From positions 61,481 to 125,480 of the forward strand of contig BQFW01000016.1 of assembly GCA_020891255.1 (NCBI GenBank): a DNA stretch of 64,000 nucleotides, in the 5' to 3' direction. Under the pieces are notes generated by a model, which was given only the letters and a program-made list of their open reading frames with translations, was not told the DNA's origin and ran no database searches. Position numbers and translations under genes: made by a program. Origin of the DNA: Entomortierella parvispora E1425 (lineage: Eukaryota; Fungi; Mortierellomycota). This document shows, piece after piece, positions 13,401-25,060 of this stretch. Within the stretch, counting starts at the first letter, position 1, and each line of letters starts with the position of its first letter.

Positions 13401-13525
13401 GCAAGGAGTTCCTGCAAAATAAGCGCGAAAAGAAACTACAGGATCACCACTCATTCCCCACCCTTGGCACCCCTGACCGTCTTCATGCCATGAGGTCTCC
13501 TTCAAAATCGGCTAGGAGACATTGA
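10466..13525 (+). CDS. Multi-exon protein with C-terminal PD-(D/E)xK restriction-endonuclease-like domain
   Basis: ATG 10466, intron 10483-11072 joins in frame to ORF 11113; later exons in ORFs 11835, 12387, 12632; motif RQPDVVG...YFGELKG. Paralog of 50336-52494. Internal exon boundaries approximate. Confidence 0.7.
10533..10955. repeat. ~190-bp direct duplication (period ~233 bp) inside intron 1
   Basis: gagttgaccgtgttgtgccgatagcataggctatatgcaacccttgggaagtccgc... occurs twice. Confidence 0.9.
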
Positions 13526-13632
13526 CTACGGAGCGGATGTACGTGCTCTATTCATGATTAATAAATGAAGATAGGTCACAAAAGTTCCCATAGTCATTTG
13601 AGATCTTAAAGTAGAATGATGTCACGAACTAT

Positions 13633-14250
13633 CAGTGCGTCTCTGTGATGTAGTGACTATTGTGAGGCGTGTTCTTTGCGTTCTTTACGATGGTTTTTCT
13701 GTGCCAGCAGAGTGTAGATGTGGCGCCTAGCAACTGAAAGACCAGCCACTTTTGAGATTTGGGATCTCGTGAAAGATGAAATCCCAGTGAAAGTACCAGG
13801 TCGACAGGAGGATGCTGGCTGTGATTTGAATAGATGTGATGTTGAATTGTTGTTTTGGGACGGATGAGACGGCAGTTGAGAGCAATCAGGGAGCTCTGCT
13901 TTCCATTGGGGTTCGGTGGTATATTCTGCGAGTATTGTTCTTTCTTTGAAGGCCAGAGGAACTGTATGTGTGGAAGGTCCTCTTGCACGTGGTCGCAGAT
14001 TGGGCATCTGGCCGAAGGCGGATCTTCCTCCAGATTCTGTTTCTTAGGACCCCGGTGGGTATTTTCGCCTGTAAAGCCCTCCACCAAATAGTTCGTGCGT
14101 TGTGTGGTATGTGTGCCTTCCATACTGTGCGCTTCTGCCATGGCGATTGTCGAATGTCGGAGGGGACTGGAGAAAGAGGCGAATCGCTTTGTCATTGGCC
14201 GAGTTCAGCCTTTGTGCCGGTCCTCGTTGACCTGCTTCCAGTGGGTTAGC
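13633..14250 (-). mobile_element. 3' fragment of LINE ORF2 (zf-RVT zinc-binding domain), frameshifted
   Basis: WKAHIPHNARTIWWRALQAKIPT, then in another frame RCPICDHVQEDLPH. Confidence 0.75.
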
Positions 14251-14354
14251 GAGGATGAATGAAGAGAGGCCCATGTGCACGAAATAACTTTGAAGTAGGA
14301 CACCCCCTTTAACTGCCCTGTGGCTGAAGCTGACCGCACTAAACCCATGTAAAA

Positions 14355-14464
14355 TGTAACAGGAATACGGTGACATCACGCGATGTGTACCTACAAAAGC
14401 TAGAAACTTGCAATATAATAAAACTACTTCTTGTCTCCACTCCACCTTCGACACTCCTATTGCA
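14355..14464 (+). repeat. 5' LTR (110 bp)
   Basis: tgtaacaggaatacgg...actcctattgca, matching 19310-19420. Confidence 0.95.
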
Positions 14465-14476
14465 TGGTAGCAGAGG
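14465..14476 (+). promoter_or_regulatory. Primer-binding site complementary to initiator tRNA-Met 3' end
   Basis: TGGTAGCAGAGG immediately after the LTR; complement of ...CCTCTGCTACCA, the 3' end of AGCAGAG-type eukaryotic tRNAi-Met. Confidence 0.85.
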
Positions 14477-14582
14477 TTTTCGATCCACTGACCTCACTGA
14501 CCCACTGACCCTCCGACACACTCACACCCTGGACCCCCTCGTATCCCTCTTCGATCAACTCTCCCTCGACAATTCACCCAAC

Positions 14583-15503
14583 ATGGACTCCGCGACACCG
14601 TCATTCAAATTCCCTCATCCAACACCGTTCAACGGCAAGCGCGACGGATTCTCTGTTCTCGGTTTTCTGAAACGCATGACCTTTTTCTTCGATGGCGCTG
14701 GAATTGCCGAGCCTCGCAAGGTCGGGGTTACCCTTGCCTTTGCCGGCGATGAGGTTATCGGCTGGTGGGCACTCTTAAACAAGCCATCCGACACCTCATT
14801 CCAGGATTTCAGCGCGCTCCTTGCCGCCGAGTTCAGCCCTGCGAAGTTTAAGGAGCACATTCTCGCCCTCACAATGCAAATGAAAATGACACTACCACTG
14901 AACATCTCCAACGTCATGGCCTATATTACCAAAGCCCGTGAATACCACCTGCTCCTCCAGTCTTACTACGCCGACAACACAGTTCTCAACGATACTATCC
15001 GTACTGCCTTTCTCAGTGGTGCACCTACCCAGCTTCGCCAGATGCTGGAAGTGGCCATTGTTAATGCAGGCAACGACACCATAGATCTGCCCAGACTCTT
15101 TAAGGCCGCGGAGGAGTTCGGTCGTATCTTCCACACTGAAGACCCATCACTCGGTGCCAAAGCACTGGCTGCCTCGGGATCCTCTGCTGGTATCACCGAC
15201 CCCAACGCAATGGAAGTGGACAATATTCATATCCAACTCAACAATATCCACAAGCAACTCGGCACCCTTCACCGCTCCTTACAGAACCGCCCCACCAACG
15301 GTACTAACAACCCTTCTCGAGATCGCCCCGCACCCCTGACCGCCGCCGACCGAGAGTACCTTGTACGTAACGGTGGCTGCTTCCGCTGCCGCGAATTGGG
15401 TCACATCAGTCCCAATTGCCCTAAGTACGGCAACGGCAGCCGAGGAATTAATCAAGTAACCGCGGGTGAATCCCCTGATTCGGGAAAAGCCTCCGGCAAC
15501 TAG
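14583..15503 (+). CDS. gag: Gag with CCHC zinc knuckle
   Basis: MDSATPSFKFPHPTPFNGKRD...; CFRCRELGHISPNC; intact to TAG at 15503. Confidence 0.92.
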   Translation: MDSATPSFKFPHPTPFNGKRDGFSVLGFLKRMTFFFDGAGIAEPRKVGVTLAFAGDEVIGWWALLNKPSDTSFQDFSALLAAEFSPAKFKEHILALTMQMKMTLPLNISNVMAYITKAREYHLLLQSYYADNTVLNDTIRTAFLSGAPTQLRQMLEVAIVNAGNDTIDLPRLFKAAEEFGRIFHTEDPSLGAKALAASGSSAGITDPNAMEVDNIHIQLNNIHKQLGTLHRSLQNRPTNGTNNPSRDRPAPLTAADREYLVRNGGCFRCRELGHISPNCPKYGNGSRGINQVTAGESPDSGKASGN

Positions 15504-15524
15504 GGTCGGTCCGGACCCCAGTTG
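15482..15524 (+). promoter_or_regulatory. -1 programmed ribosomal frameshift signal
   Basis: Slippery heptamer G GGA AAA in gag frame (15482-15488); hairpin caact-a-gggtc-loop-gaccc-c-agttg starts 8 nt downstream; the -1 frame is open into the protease. Confidence 0.8.
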
Positions 15525-18500
15525 TCGAAACTGTAGCCAACAACCCTGAGCTAAGTACCTCAAATAAAACTTCACTTGATTCTACACCTCAGAAACATGA
15601 CTCCAATCATGACAAGCGAACTCACATCCACGATGCTCTGGTTGTTCTATCGGACCGAAACCAAAACCAAACCAAAAAACCTGTTGCCTCGCCCGCTCCA
15701 GTTGCCCTGTCCGCTCCTCTACCTAGATCCTCCGATACAGATGAACCGGACCCTCTCGCTGTACCGCCGGCACCTAGTGTACCTCTGTCCAAAAGTCAGT
15801 TGAAGAAGTTGAAGCGTCGTGCGATTCGCCTACACGAATTCACTGTCCAAAAGGCAGAGAGCCAACTGCTCACTTTCATCGGTTCTGTCAATGGCCACGC
15901 TGCCAGAATCCTGATTGATGGTGGTGCAGAAGGTAATATTATCAGTTCGTCTTTTCAAAAGCGACACCAGCTCCTCCGCACTGAATGCTTGCCCATCCCC
16001 ATCCTCCTCCCCAATGGCTCTTCCTCCCTCACATCACACACCGTCCCCATCACCCTCAACCGCAGCGACTACTCCGATTCGCTCAACCCTATTCTCTATC
16101 CTCTCAACAAATACGACCTCATCCTTGGCAAACCCTGGCTCACCAAAGTTAACCCTTGCATCAATTGGCGCACCAACGATCTTCATTTCACTCACAATGG
16201 AATCGATGTCAAATGGAGCTGCCGCGGCTTCAAGGCCGATCACATCCAAAGCCGCACCAAAGGACTCCTCCTCACACACATGCACTTTCATTCCATGGCA
16301 ACCCTGCCCGGCTCGGAGGTGTTCCTGGCCCTTATTCGCAACACCCCAGAGCCCTCTGAAGAAACTGACCAACCGCGTACAATTCCCGATATGACCCCCA
16401 GAGGTGCGGTCCATTGTCATGGAAGAGTTCGCTGATGTCTTTCCGGAGAAACTCCCGGACGGCCTGCCCCCAGACCGTGGTGATGCTATGAAGATCGAGA
16501 CCGACCCGACAGCCGACCCACCCTTCCGCCCTGTCATTAGACTTTCAATCGCCGAGCTTGACGAACTTCGCAAACAACTGGACCAATTGCTAGCAGCAGG
16601 TTTTATCAAACCCAGTACCTCTCCCTATGGCGCCCCCGTGCTCTTTGTGCGGAAGAAGGACGGCACACTCCGAATGTGCGTCGACTACCGTGGCCTCAAC
16701 AAGATCACCAGGAAGAACAGACACCCGTTGCCCCGTATCGACGAGCTTCTTGACCGCTTCCGTGGAGCACGCTATTACTCCAAGTTGGACTTGTTATCCG
16801 GTTATCATCAGCAGCGTATCTTTGAACCACACACACACAAGACTGCCTTCCGTTGTCGCTATGGTCACTTTGAGTTCAATGTTGTTCCCTTTGGCCTTAC
16901 TAACGCTCCTGCTTCGTTCTCCAATATGATGTTGCGAGTGCTCGATCCAGTCTTGGACAAATGGGTTGTCGTGTATCTCGACGATCTGTTGATCTACTCC
17001 AAGACAAAGAAAGAACACCTGCAGCATCTCCGAAGCGTCCTGGCTCTCCTCCGCAAGAATGGTCTGTACGCGAAATTGAGCAAGTGCTCCTTCATGCAAG
17101 ACGAAACTGAATTTTTGGGCCACACCGTCACGAAGGACGGGATCAAAACATCGGCCGGGCTCAGCAAAGCCATCAGTGACTGGCCCACCCCCAAGAGCAC
17201 AAAGGACGTCCAGCAATTTTTGGGGCTTGCGCAATTTTATCAACAGTACGTATCGGGCTTTGCAGGGATTGCCCTCCCTCTCTCTTCCCTCCTCGCCAAC
17301 AACACTCCCTTCAAATGGACCGACGAACAACAATCTGCATTCCTTCAGCTCAAACGCGCCATCTGCTCCGCCCCCGTCCTCCGCGTCTTCGACCCTGATC
17401 TCTCACCTTTGTCGAAACAGATGCATCCGGTTTCGCCATCGGTGCAGTGCTGCTGCAGACTGACCGGGAAGGGAATACCCATCCCATCGCATTCACTTCC
17501 AGGAAAAATGCAGTCAGCTGAGCGGAACTGCCCTGTCCATGAGCAGGAACTGTTGGCTGTCATCCATGCGCTCCGCACTTGGCGCTACTACCTCGATGGA
17601 ACCAAGTTCAGCGTCCACACCGACCACGCCACCCTCCGCCACTTCCCCCACACAGCCCAAACTCACTCGTCGACAGGCTCGCTGGATGGAGTTGCTTCAG
17701 GAATACGACTTTGACTTCAAGTACAAGCGAGGAGTTGACAACATCGTCCCAGACGCTCTCTCCCGACGACCGGACTACCGCGAGCCTGACCCTGTTGAGC
17801 TATACAACCTCAGCGTCTCCCTGTCCCCGGACGTCCGTGACCAGCTTGTCCAGGACTACAACGACGATCCTCGACTTGGACCCATCTACAAGGATTGCCT
17901 GGATGGGAAGGTTGCCAATGGATATTCATTCCAGAACAACCTCCTCTACTTTACCCGACGTGGAGCAACCACCCTGGCCATCCCTCGGCACTCCCCGATC
18001 CGCCTCACTCTCTTGCACGACGCTCACGACTCTGCCACTGCTGGACACTTTGGTTTTCAAAAGACTTACGACAACCTGCGCCGTTTCGTATATTGGCCCC
18101 ACATCGCCAAGGATACCCAGCAGTATGTAGCAACCTGCGAGAAGTGTCAAAGGAACAAGGACTCACAGGATCGACCAGCTGGACTCTTGCAACCGCTACC
18201 CATTCCTTCGCAACGTTGGGAGGTAGTCACCATGGACTTCATCGGCCCTCTTCCGCCCACAGCTAGAAATTTTGACGCCATCACAGTGTTTGTCGACAAG
18301 CTGACCAAGCAAGCTCACTTCGTCCCCAGTACTACCTCTGCCACAGCCGTCGACGTCGCCCACCAGTTTTTTGACAACATCTTTAAGCTGCATGGCACAC
18401 CAACATCCATCATCTCGGACCGCGACACTCGATTCACTAGTAGATTCTGGCAAGAGTTGCACAGGCTAATGGATGTCAAACTTGCACTGTCAACCGCCTA

Positions 18501-19299
18501 CCACCCACAGACGGATGGGCAGACAGAGGTTATGAACAAGACGCTGAAGATTATGTTGAGAGCGTTTATTGACAACAAACAGTCTAACTGGGACCAGCTC
18601 CTTCCGTCGCTGGAATTCGCCTATAACAACGCTGTCAATGCATCCACGGGATACTCGCCGTTCTTCCTCAACTCTGGCCAGCACCCTCGTCTCCCCACCG
18701 CTCTCCTCGGTAAACCCAGCAGCTCAGTCCCCACTGTCGATACCTTCCTGACTGAGCAGGCGACCACCCTTGCCCTGGCCCAGGATGCTCTGCAGCGTGC
18801 TCAGGATCATCAGGAGCAACAGGCAAACAAGCGACGACGGGATCACAAGTACAAGGTTGGCGATAAGGTCCTGCTGCGTGCCACCAATATCACCATCCCT
18901 GCCGACAGTATCAGACCAGCCGATAAGCTTCGACCCCAGTTCCTTGGCCCGTTCACACTTTTGGAGCAACACTCACCTGTCACGTTCCGCGTCGAGCTGC
19001 CACCATTCTACAAAATCCATGATGTCTTCCACGTTGATACCTTTCGACCCTACTTGCCGTCCCCGGAGTCACTCGGCATTCGAGCTCCTGCCCCCGTGGA
19101 TCCCACTGTAATTGACGGCGAAGAGGAGTATGAAGTGGACGAAATTTTAAAGTACCGCTTCTACCGCAGACAACACCAGTTCCTAGTGTCATTCAAAGGC
19201 TACGGCAGAGAAGCTGACGAATGGCTTCCAGTAAGCAACTTGGACAACTGCATGGACTTGGTCACAACCTTCAAAGAGCAGCATGGTATCATTTTTTAA
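15482..19299 (+). pseudogene. pol: Pol (aspartic protease, RT, RNase H, integrase, chromodomain) with four single-base frameshifts
   Basis: LIDGGA protease motif, YLDD RT motif, HHCC and DDE integrase, EEEYEVDEIL...KGYG chromodomain; indels near 16395, 17403, 17505, 17650. Confidence 0.9.
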
Positions 19300-19420
19300 A
19301 AGGGGAAGGTGTAACAGGAATACGGTGACATCACGCGATGTGTACCTACAAAAGCTAAAAACTTGCAATATAATAAAACTCACTTCTTGTCTCCACTCTG
19401 TTCCCAGTACTCCTATTGCA
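19298..19420 (+). repeat. Polypurine tract (19298-19309) and 3' LTR (19310-19420)
   Basis: aaaaggggaagg then tgtaacagg...ctattgca. Confidence 0.95.
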
Positions 19421-19630
19421 AAGTTCCAAAGTAATCGTTAAGCGGTTTGTGTTGTGAAGGGCGCGCTGTTGAACCAAATATTGCAGTAGGCCTTCACCGA
19501 GTTTTGGATGTCCAGACCCCAGCACGTTCGCGATTGTTTCGGTGAGTGACTTGGAAAAGACGTTGTAATCGGCTGACTTGATTAGCTTTTGGTACCGATT
19601 GAAAATGTTGCGTGCTTTTGCTTCAGCCAT
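19421..19630 (-). pseudogene. 5' part of an unknown gene cut off by the 3' LTR
   Basis: MAEAKARNIFNRYQKLIKSADYNVF... runs into the LTR; no continuation seen on the other side of the element. Confidence 0.4.
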
Positions 19631-19645
19631 GGTATGGTATGGTAT

Positions 19646-19646
<1 letters not shown>

Positions 19647-19708
<62 letters not shown>
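19647..19708. repeat. (GT)31 microsatellite
   Basis: Seen directly; preceded by (ggtat)3. Confidence 0.97.
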
Positions 19709-19711
<3 letters not shown>

Positions 19712-19712
<1 letters not shown>

Positions 19713-20567
19713 CGTCATTTGAAGGACTATGGGACCTGGGACCATGATCAGAATCCAGAGGACTATGACGTCAAGTTGGTTCCTCGTGCCAGAGCCTGGG
19801 TCCCACGTGCTAGAGCCTTGTAAACCCACAAAAAAAAAAAAAAAAAAAAGGTTGGCCTCCCGTGCTGGAGCCCTGTAAATCTTGACCCATCATTTTCGGT
19901 GGCAAGTTCAGGACCTGGGGCCCTGGTACCTTGGTTGTAGGTCGTCCCTACGTGTATCTTTCTAGTGATGCCATCGGGAACCCGGTCCCTTGGCTAGATC
20001 GCGAGCATCATGACATCAAAGGGGGCCTCCCGTGCTAAACCCATGTAAGGTTGGTGGCGTTGGGTCGACTTTTCGATGTTTTTAGGGTCGTTTGGGGCCC
20101 TTTTTCGGTGGCAAGGTCAGATGCTGGGGCCCTGGTTCCTTGGCTCATAGTAGTCCTCGGCTGCGGCTATCTGATGATGCCATCAGGAACCCGGGATCTT
20201 AGTCAGGATCTCGAGCATCTTGAGATCAAAGTTGGGCCCCAAGTGGTCCCCCGTGCTAGAGCCATGTAAACCCAGTTTTTTTTTTTTTTTTTTTTTTTTT
20301 TTGTGGCCCCCCGTGCTAGAGCCATGTAAAACGAAACGCATTTTCTTGAACAAATTATGACGTCGACTTTGCTCTGGTTAGCTGACGTCATGCAAACTGG
20401 CCCCGTGCCAGAGCCATGTAAAGGAAAACGCCGTTACTTAACGTGTACCTAACGTGTACTTAACGTCGCCTCGGTTTTGTTGAGTGACGTCGACTTTGAG
20501 GGGATTTTTTTTTTGTACAAGTCCAGCTTGTGCAGCTAAGGGTACCCCTTAAGTCACTGGTAGGTAT
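19712..20567. repeat. Orphan copy of rDNA IGS segment (matches ~62208-63060)
   Basis: Near-identical by eye from tcatttgaaggact to cactggtaggtat. Confidence 0.9.
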
Positions 20568-21467
20568 CAGAAATGTGGAGAAATAAGCTTTTTTAAAGAT
20601 TTCCTGTGCGCGAGCAATGTAAAATTTGCGGGCCAAGAGGGGCAGGAAATAGGCAAGAAGAAAAACGGTGGAGAAACAAGAAGTCGACCAGTTTACTTCA
20701 TCAACGCGAATGACCCCGGACGGTGGATTGCGGACAGTAACCCTGGGACAGGTGGACTATTACTAAAAGGGGGTTGCTGCAAATGGGAGCAGCGAGAAGG
20801 GGGGATGTGTCTGGAAGAGGAGGAACAAGGAAACAGGATGTGTAGAGTCTGCAATGTCACGGTCAGACAAGGCAGGAACAAGAGAAAGAGGGAAGGTATG
20901 GTTTATTGGGAATTGGGAATTGTGAATTGCAGACTGGGGAATACAGCTATGAATCAAGGGGGTTTATATACTAGAGAGGGGTGTTGGCGTGGACCCAGTC
21001 TGCTTTGTGTTAGGGAGGGCGCCGGGAAGTATAATCATAAGCTCGACCTATGAGTTGGGTCGTAGATGGCGACAACGGTGATGAAGGAGGAGATGGTGTG
21101 CGGGGCAGGGGGTCCCCGTCAACGTGAGTAAGTATGGGTACAAGTAATGACGAGACGGATCTGTTTTAATGAGAGAGCTCTGGAAGCGCTGATATATCTT
21201 CGTCAACTAAAAACATTAAGGGTCAGAGGCCTGATCCGGCACAGATGGAGGTCCAAATGGGTGTAGCCGACGGATATATACCAATGATAGATAGAACATC
21301 CGAGGTCTAGACCCTGGGGGACTCCAATGGGTTTGACCCTAGATCCTAGGTTCGGAACCTATATCAAGCAAGACGCGTTCCGACAATGGGTGGAATGGAG
21401 TGACCAATTGGTACCCAGCGCGGCACGTGACAGGTCGCGGCTGATATCTGACGGTTCGTGACACTGG

Positions 21468-21970
21468 TGCGGGTACGTGTAGAATGGACGAAGTCTATAC
21501 TTGAAGTCCTCAATTTCTTGGGGGATTGCTCGTCGAGATCGCCGCTCCAGCTTCTTCAACGAAAGATTACAGTCATGTCGAAGAGCACGACAAATGGTAG
21601 AGAGCGAGACATTGAGTAGTTCCGGAAATGTCTCCTCCAGCTCGCTTTTCAACTCTTCGAGATAGAAACCTGGGTGCACAGTTGCATATAATTTGACATG
21701 ATCAATCACCTCTCGCGGCCAACGGGCCCTAGGGTCTACTGGCCCACTGACGACAGGAGCCACATCGCCATATTTCTTGAAGTAGCCTACAAAAAACTAG
21801 AAACTTAGAAAGTGTCTACATTTTTCAAACAAACTGCAGCTGCACTTACGAGTCCAACGGAAGATGGAAGACACAGATACGTCAAGGAGAGAAGTAACAA
21901 TCTCAATCGGAAAGTCTTCAAATTCGTAGAGGATAACTGCACGCCAACGTAAGTCGTTAGAGCCTGTCAT
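21468..21970 (-). mobile_element. IS630/Tc1-mariner-like transposase N-terminal HTH fragment (DDE domain missing)
   Basis: DLRWRAVIL...LDVSVSSIFRW; HPGFYLEELK...VSLSTICRAL..LSLKKL; one intron; ends at TYPHQ. Confidence 0.75.
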
Positions 21971-22350
21971 GGGCGTGGAGAAGGACGAAAAGAAAGAAAA
22001 ATCACCTCTTTCGATCCCCAGCAGCCACAAAAAATTTAGATAACAAACACAAGCCATCCGCACCTCTAAAATGATGATTTTGACAGAAAAAAAAATGTCA
22101 AAATCACCATTTTAGAACCTGCTTTAGGCTGTCATGAGTCAGTGAGTCATCTAGTATGAAAACTCCCGCGTGGCTGCCAAAAAAACAGGGTGTACCCTGT
22201 GGTGCCGTCAATTGCCAATAGGCAGTCGCGTCGCAGTTTAAAATCAACTTCTCAGAAATTATTTTGATTATCCCGAAAAAAAGTGACCTTTATCCTTGAT
22301 TTTTGATTAAGTTTATTCCAAAAAAATTGAAACGGACAATACATACACTG

Positions 22351-22707
22351 TTAAAACCCATTTGGGCAGTGCTCCTCAAGCAATGCGTTGATGGGTGGAA
22401 GATTGGCACTCCTTAAAAACTCATACACCTGTTTCTTGAGACGTTGTTCATCCGCGACGAGCATGAGAAGCAATAGGCCGTTTATGGTGAGAGGATCTCG
22501 TTCATGTCGTTGAAGGGCTGGTAACCTTAAGATGCCATACAATCCCACCCAGTCCTTTTCCACCTTCAGTCGCTTCGTTATTGTCATGAACCAATCACCA
22601 GGTGTTGCGCGTATTTCCTTCGCCAGGGAGATATCCTCCGGAAGAATGACTGTCATATAATTGGAAGCAAGTCTCAAAGATAAATCTCGCAACGTTTGAC
22701 CATCCAT
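22351..22707 (-). CDS. Hypothetical 118-aa protein
   Basis: Single ATG-initiated ORF with globular composition; no family recognised. Confidence 0.4.
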   Translation of the reverse strand: MDGQTLRDLSLRLASNYMTVILPEDISLAKEIRATPGDWFMTITKRLKVEKDWVGLYGILRLPALQRHERDPLTINGLLLLMLVADEQRLKKQVYEFLRSANLPPINALLEEHCPNGF

Positions 22708-22876
22708 TATTGAGAATCGGTATAACGCAGAGATCGCAATGATAACAAGGGAAGAAGGGGCTCTGAGGAAAAAGGTGTTTATGGTTAAGTTCGTTACTTC
22801 GGGAGGGCATACCCTTGTATACCCTTATATATGTGAAGAAATAGGGTTTGGGCGTAGAGTCGAAAGAATAGGGATG

Positions 22877-23652
22877 GGGACGTGCCTGTTTGTCGTCCAG
22901 TCCTTAGCTGTCGTCCGATGCTCGTATTTGTCGTCCGTTTTCCAAGCTGACATCCGGTTTGTCGTCCGGCTTATCTTCTTTCCAACGACCGACCAATCAT
23001 CCCCAATTCTCGCCAGCGTGATCAAAAAAATCGCGACATCGGGAATGGTCTATTTGTCGGCCCATCCGACAGTTCTTATTTACCGTCTACATGTGCGCGT
23101 CCCGTTCAGACACGTCTATTTGTCGGTCCGCCCGACAACTCATATTTGCCGTCGAGATGTGCGCGTTCCCTCTGCGAGAAACTTTGCCATGAACACTCAC
23201 CCCTGGACCTTGCTGCGTGAACTGGGGTCCCAAGGTTGTGACTTTGTGTTCATCTTTACGCCTTTTTTTTGAGGGCGAGGGCGTTGCTCTTTGTTTATTT
23301 TCACCTTTTTCTGGGTGGTGGGAACAAAGGGTATGGACAAATGGAAGTTTCTATTTGTCGCCCAGGGCCCCAGTTCTCGCATCAAGGCTCAGGGTTCAGT
23401 GTTCATGGCAAAGTTTCTCACAGAGGGAACGCGCACATGTAGACGGTAAATAAGAACTGTCGGATGGGCCGACAAATAGACCATTCCCGATGTCGCGATT
23501 TTTTTGATCACGCTGGCGAGAATTGGGGATGATTGGTCGGTCGTTGGAAAGAAGATAAGCCGGACGACAAACCGGATGTCAGCTTGGAAAACGGACGACA
23601 AATACGAGCATCGGACGACAGCTAAGGACTGGACGACAAACAGGCACGTCCC
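22877..23652. mobile_element. Foldback element/MITE (~776 bp) with ~300-bp near-identical TIRs and iterated TTGTCGTCC motifs
   Basis: gggacgtgcctgtttgtcgtcc... versus ...ggacgacaaacaggcacgtccc; the left arm has an extra internal duplication; no clear TSD. Confidence 0.85.
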
Positions 23653-24169
23653 TATGTTCTGACGTCTACCGTGTCTTTCTACTTACTAGTCCTCGTCGTC
23701 CTCATCGTCGGATTCAGAGGTGGAGGCACAGGCCACATCTTGTTAGATTGCCGGTTCTTGTACTTCAAATAACCACCGCGGTTTGGAAGAATGAACGGTT
23801 GAGCTAAAGTGCAAACATCTTTTGTGAAAATTGGCTTAGAAAGCGCCCGGGAAACGAAGCAAAAAAGGCTCGGGGGCCAGAGGACACCCTCCCAAGGCGC
23901 CAAAGAAAGGAGGCGCCGTCCCTGTGCCTGCCCCTGCGTTGGAGGCTAAAAAGGAGGCGGCAGGAAGCGACGACAGCAACTAAGTTGCAAAGTGGGACCT
24001 CCTTAGGTCACTAGAACAATATGCTGACGGCTTGTCTGACACACGAGACCATCAACACTTATTGGCCAAACCCACTGTACAGTACAAGCCAGCGCCTGCG
24101 AATCAGGACGATTCCGGTCATTGCGAGGTTCTACCGCAAGAATTGAGCTCTCTACAGTGCTCGGATCCC

Positions 24170-24475
24170 ATAACTGACTGTGCTGGACCCATGCAAAAAT
24201 AAACTTTTTTTCTTTTTCATGGATCATAGCTCGACGAGTAATGATTTAATCGACTTCCCTCTAGCTTTTTTGAATGGATGCCATCGAGGAGGATGTATGG
24301 TGCAAGTTGTAGAACTTTTCCTCGTAAATGGCAGGAGCAATGGAGATGCATGTGATTTTATTTGCCCTGATGGGCAGATGTGTATGAAGTCGACTCTGTT
24401 GAGAAATGGGCACCCCTTAAGTTTTCACCCAGAGGAATCGCCGTGGACGCGTTGGACGCGTTTGGGTGGTTTTTT
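24170..24475. repeat. Copy of the ~230-250-bp dispersed repeat plus rDNA-flank junction (similar to 52790-53098)
   Basis: Shared caccccttaagttt...gaggaatcgccgtgg...gacgcgttggacgc.tttgggtgg. Confidence 0.75.
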
Positions 24476-24639
24476 TTAGCAGTTTCGGCAGACTCACCAG
24501 ACAATGGCGTGCCAGGACGAGATGCATCCGAGAATGGGGTGGAGCTGCGTGCACGGACCGGGGCAGGGACAGCGAGAGGAGCTTGAACTATGCCGGGGTG
24601 AGTACACGTGAAAATCAAAGTTAGAGACAATGGCCACAA

Positions 24640-24900
24640 CCATCCTTGCAATTAAATGTCAAGCAAGGCTGTGGTCGTTGGACAATGATGTGAATAGTGT
24701 CTTCGGGCAAGTCCGTGTTGAAGACCTAGGAAAGCTTAGTGGTCGCCTTGAGTTTCTTCTTGTCGTCCTCGGCATATTGTTGATGAAGGAGAGACAGGAA
24801 TCGAGACAGACCTGAGGATAAGCTTGTCCGCATCGACATCGCTACGAAATAATTCGGTGACGTCATTTTTTTTTTCTGGTTCCAGGACAATCCTAGCTTT
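24640..24900 (-). pseudogene. CRN header-domain pseudogene fragment
   Basis: DVDADKLILRSVSIPV, frameshift, then KKLKATTKLS*VFNTDLPEDTIHIIVQRP. Confidence 0.75.
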
Positions 24901-24928
24901 CTTTTTTCTTCCCTCACAGCACAATTGA

Positions 24929-25060
24929 TTGTTATTCCTCACTTTCATCTACTCTTCTTGTTATTCCTCACTTTCATCTACTCTTCTTGTTATTCCTCAC
25001 TTTCATCTACTCTTCTTGTTACCTGGTGTTATTCCTCACTTTCATCTACTCTTCTTGTTA
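24929..25060. repeat. 29-bp tandem repeat x4 (ttgttattcctcactttcatctactcttc)
   Basis: Seen directly. Confidence 0.9.

Larger units (their letters stand above)
14355..19420 (+). mobile_element. Full-length Ty3/Gypsy chromovirus LTR retrotransposon
   Basis: TG...CA LTRs at 14355-14464 and 19310-19420, PBS, PPT, gag-PR-RT-RH-IN-chromodomain order. Confidence 0.97.
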
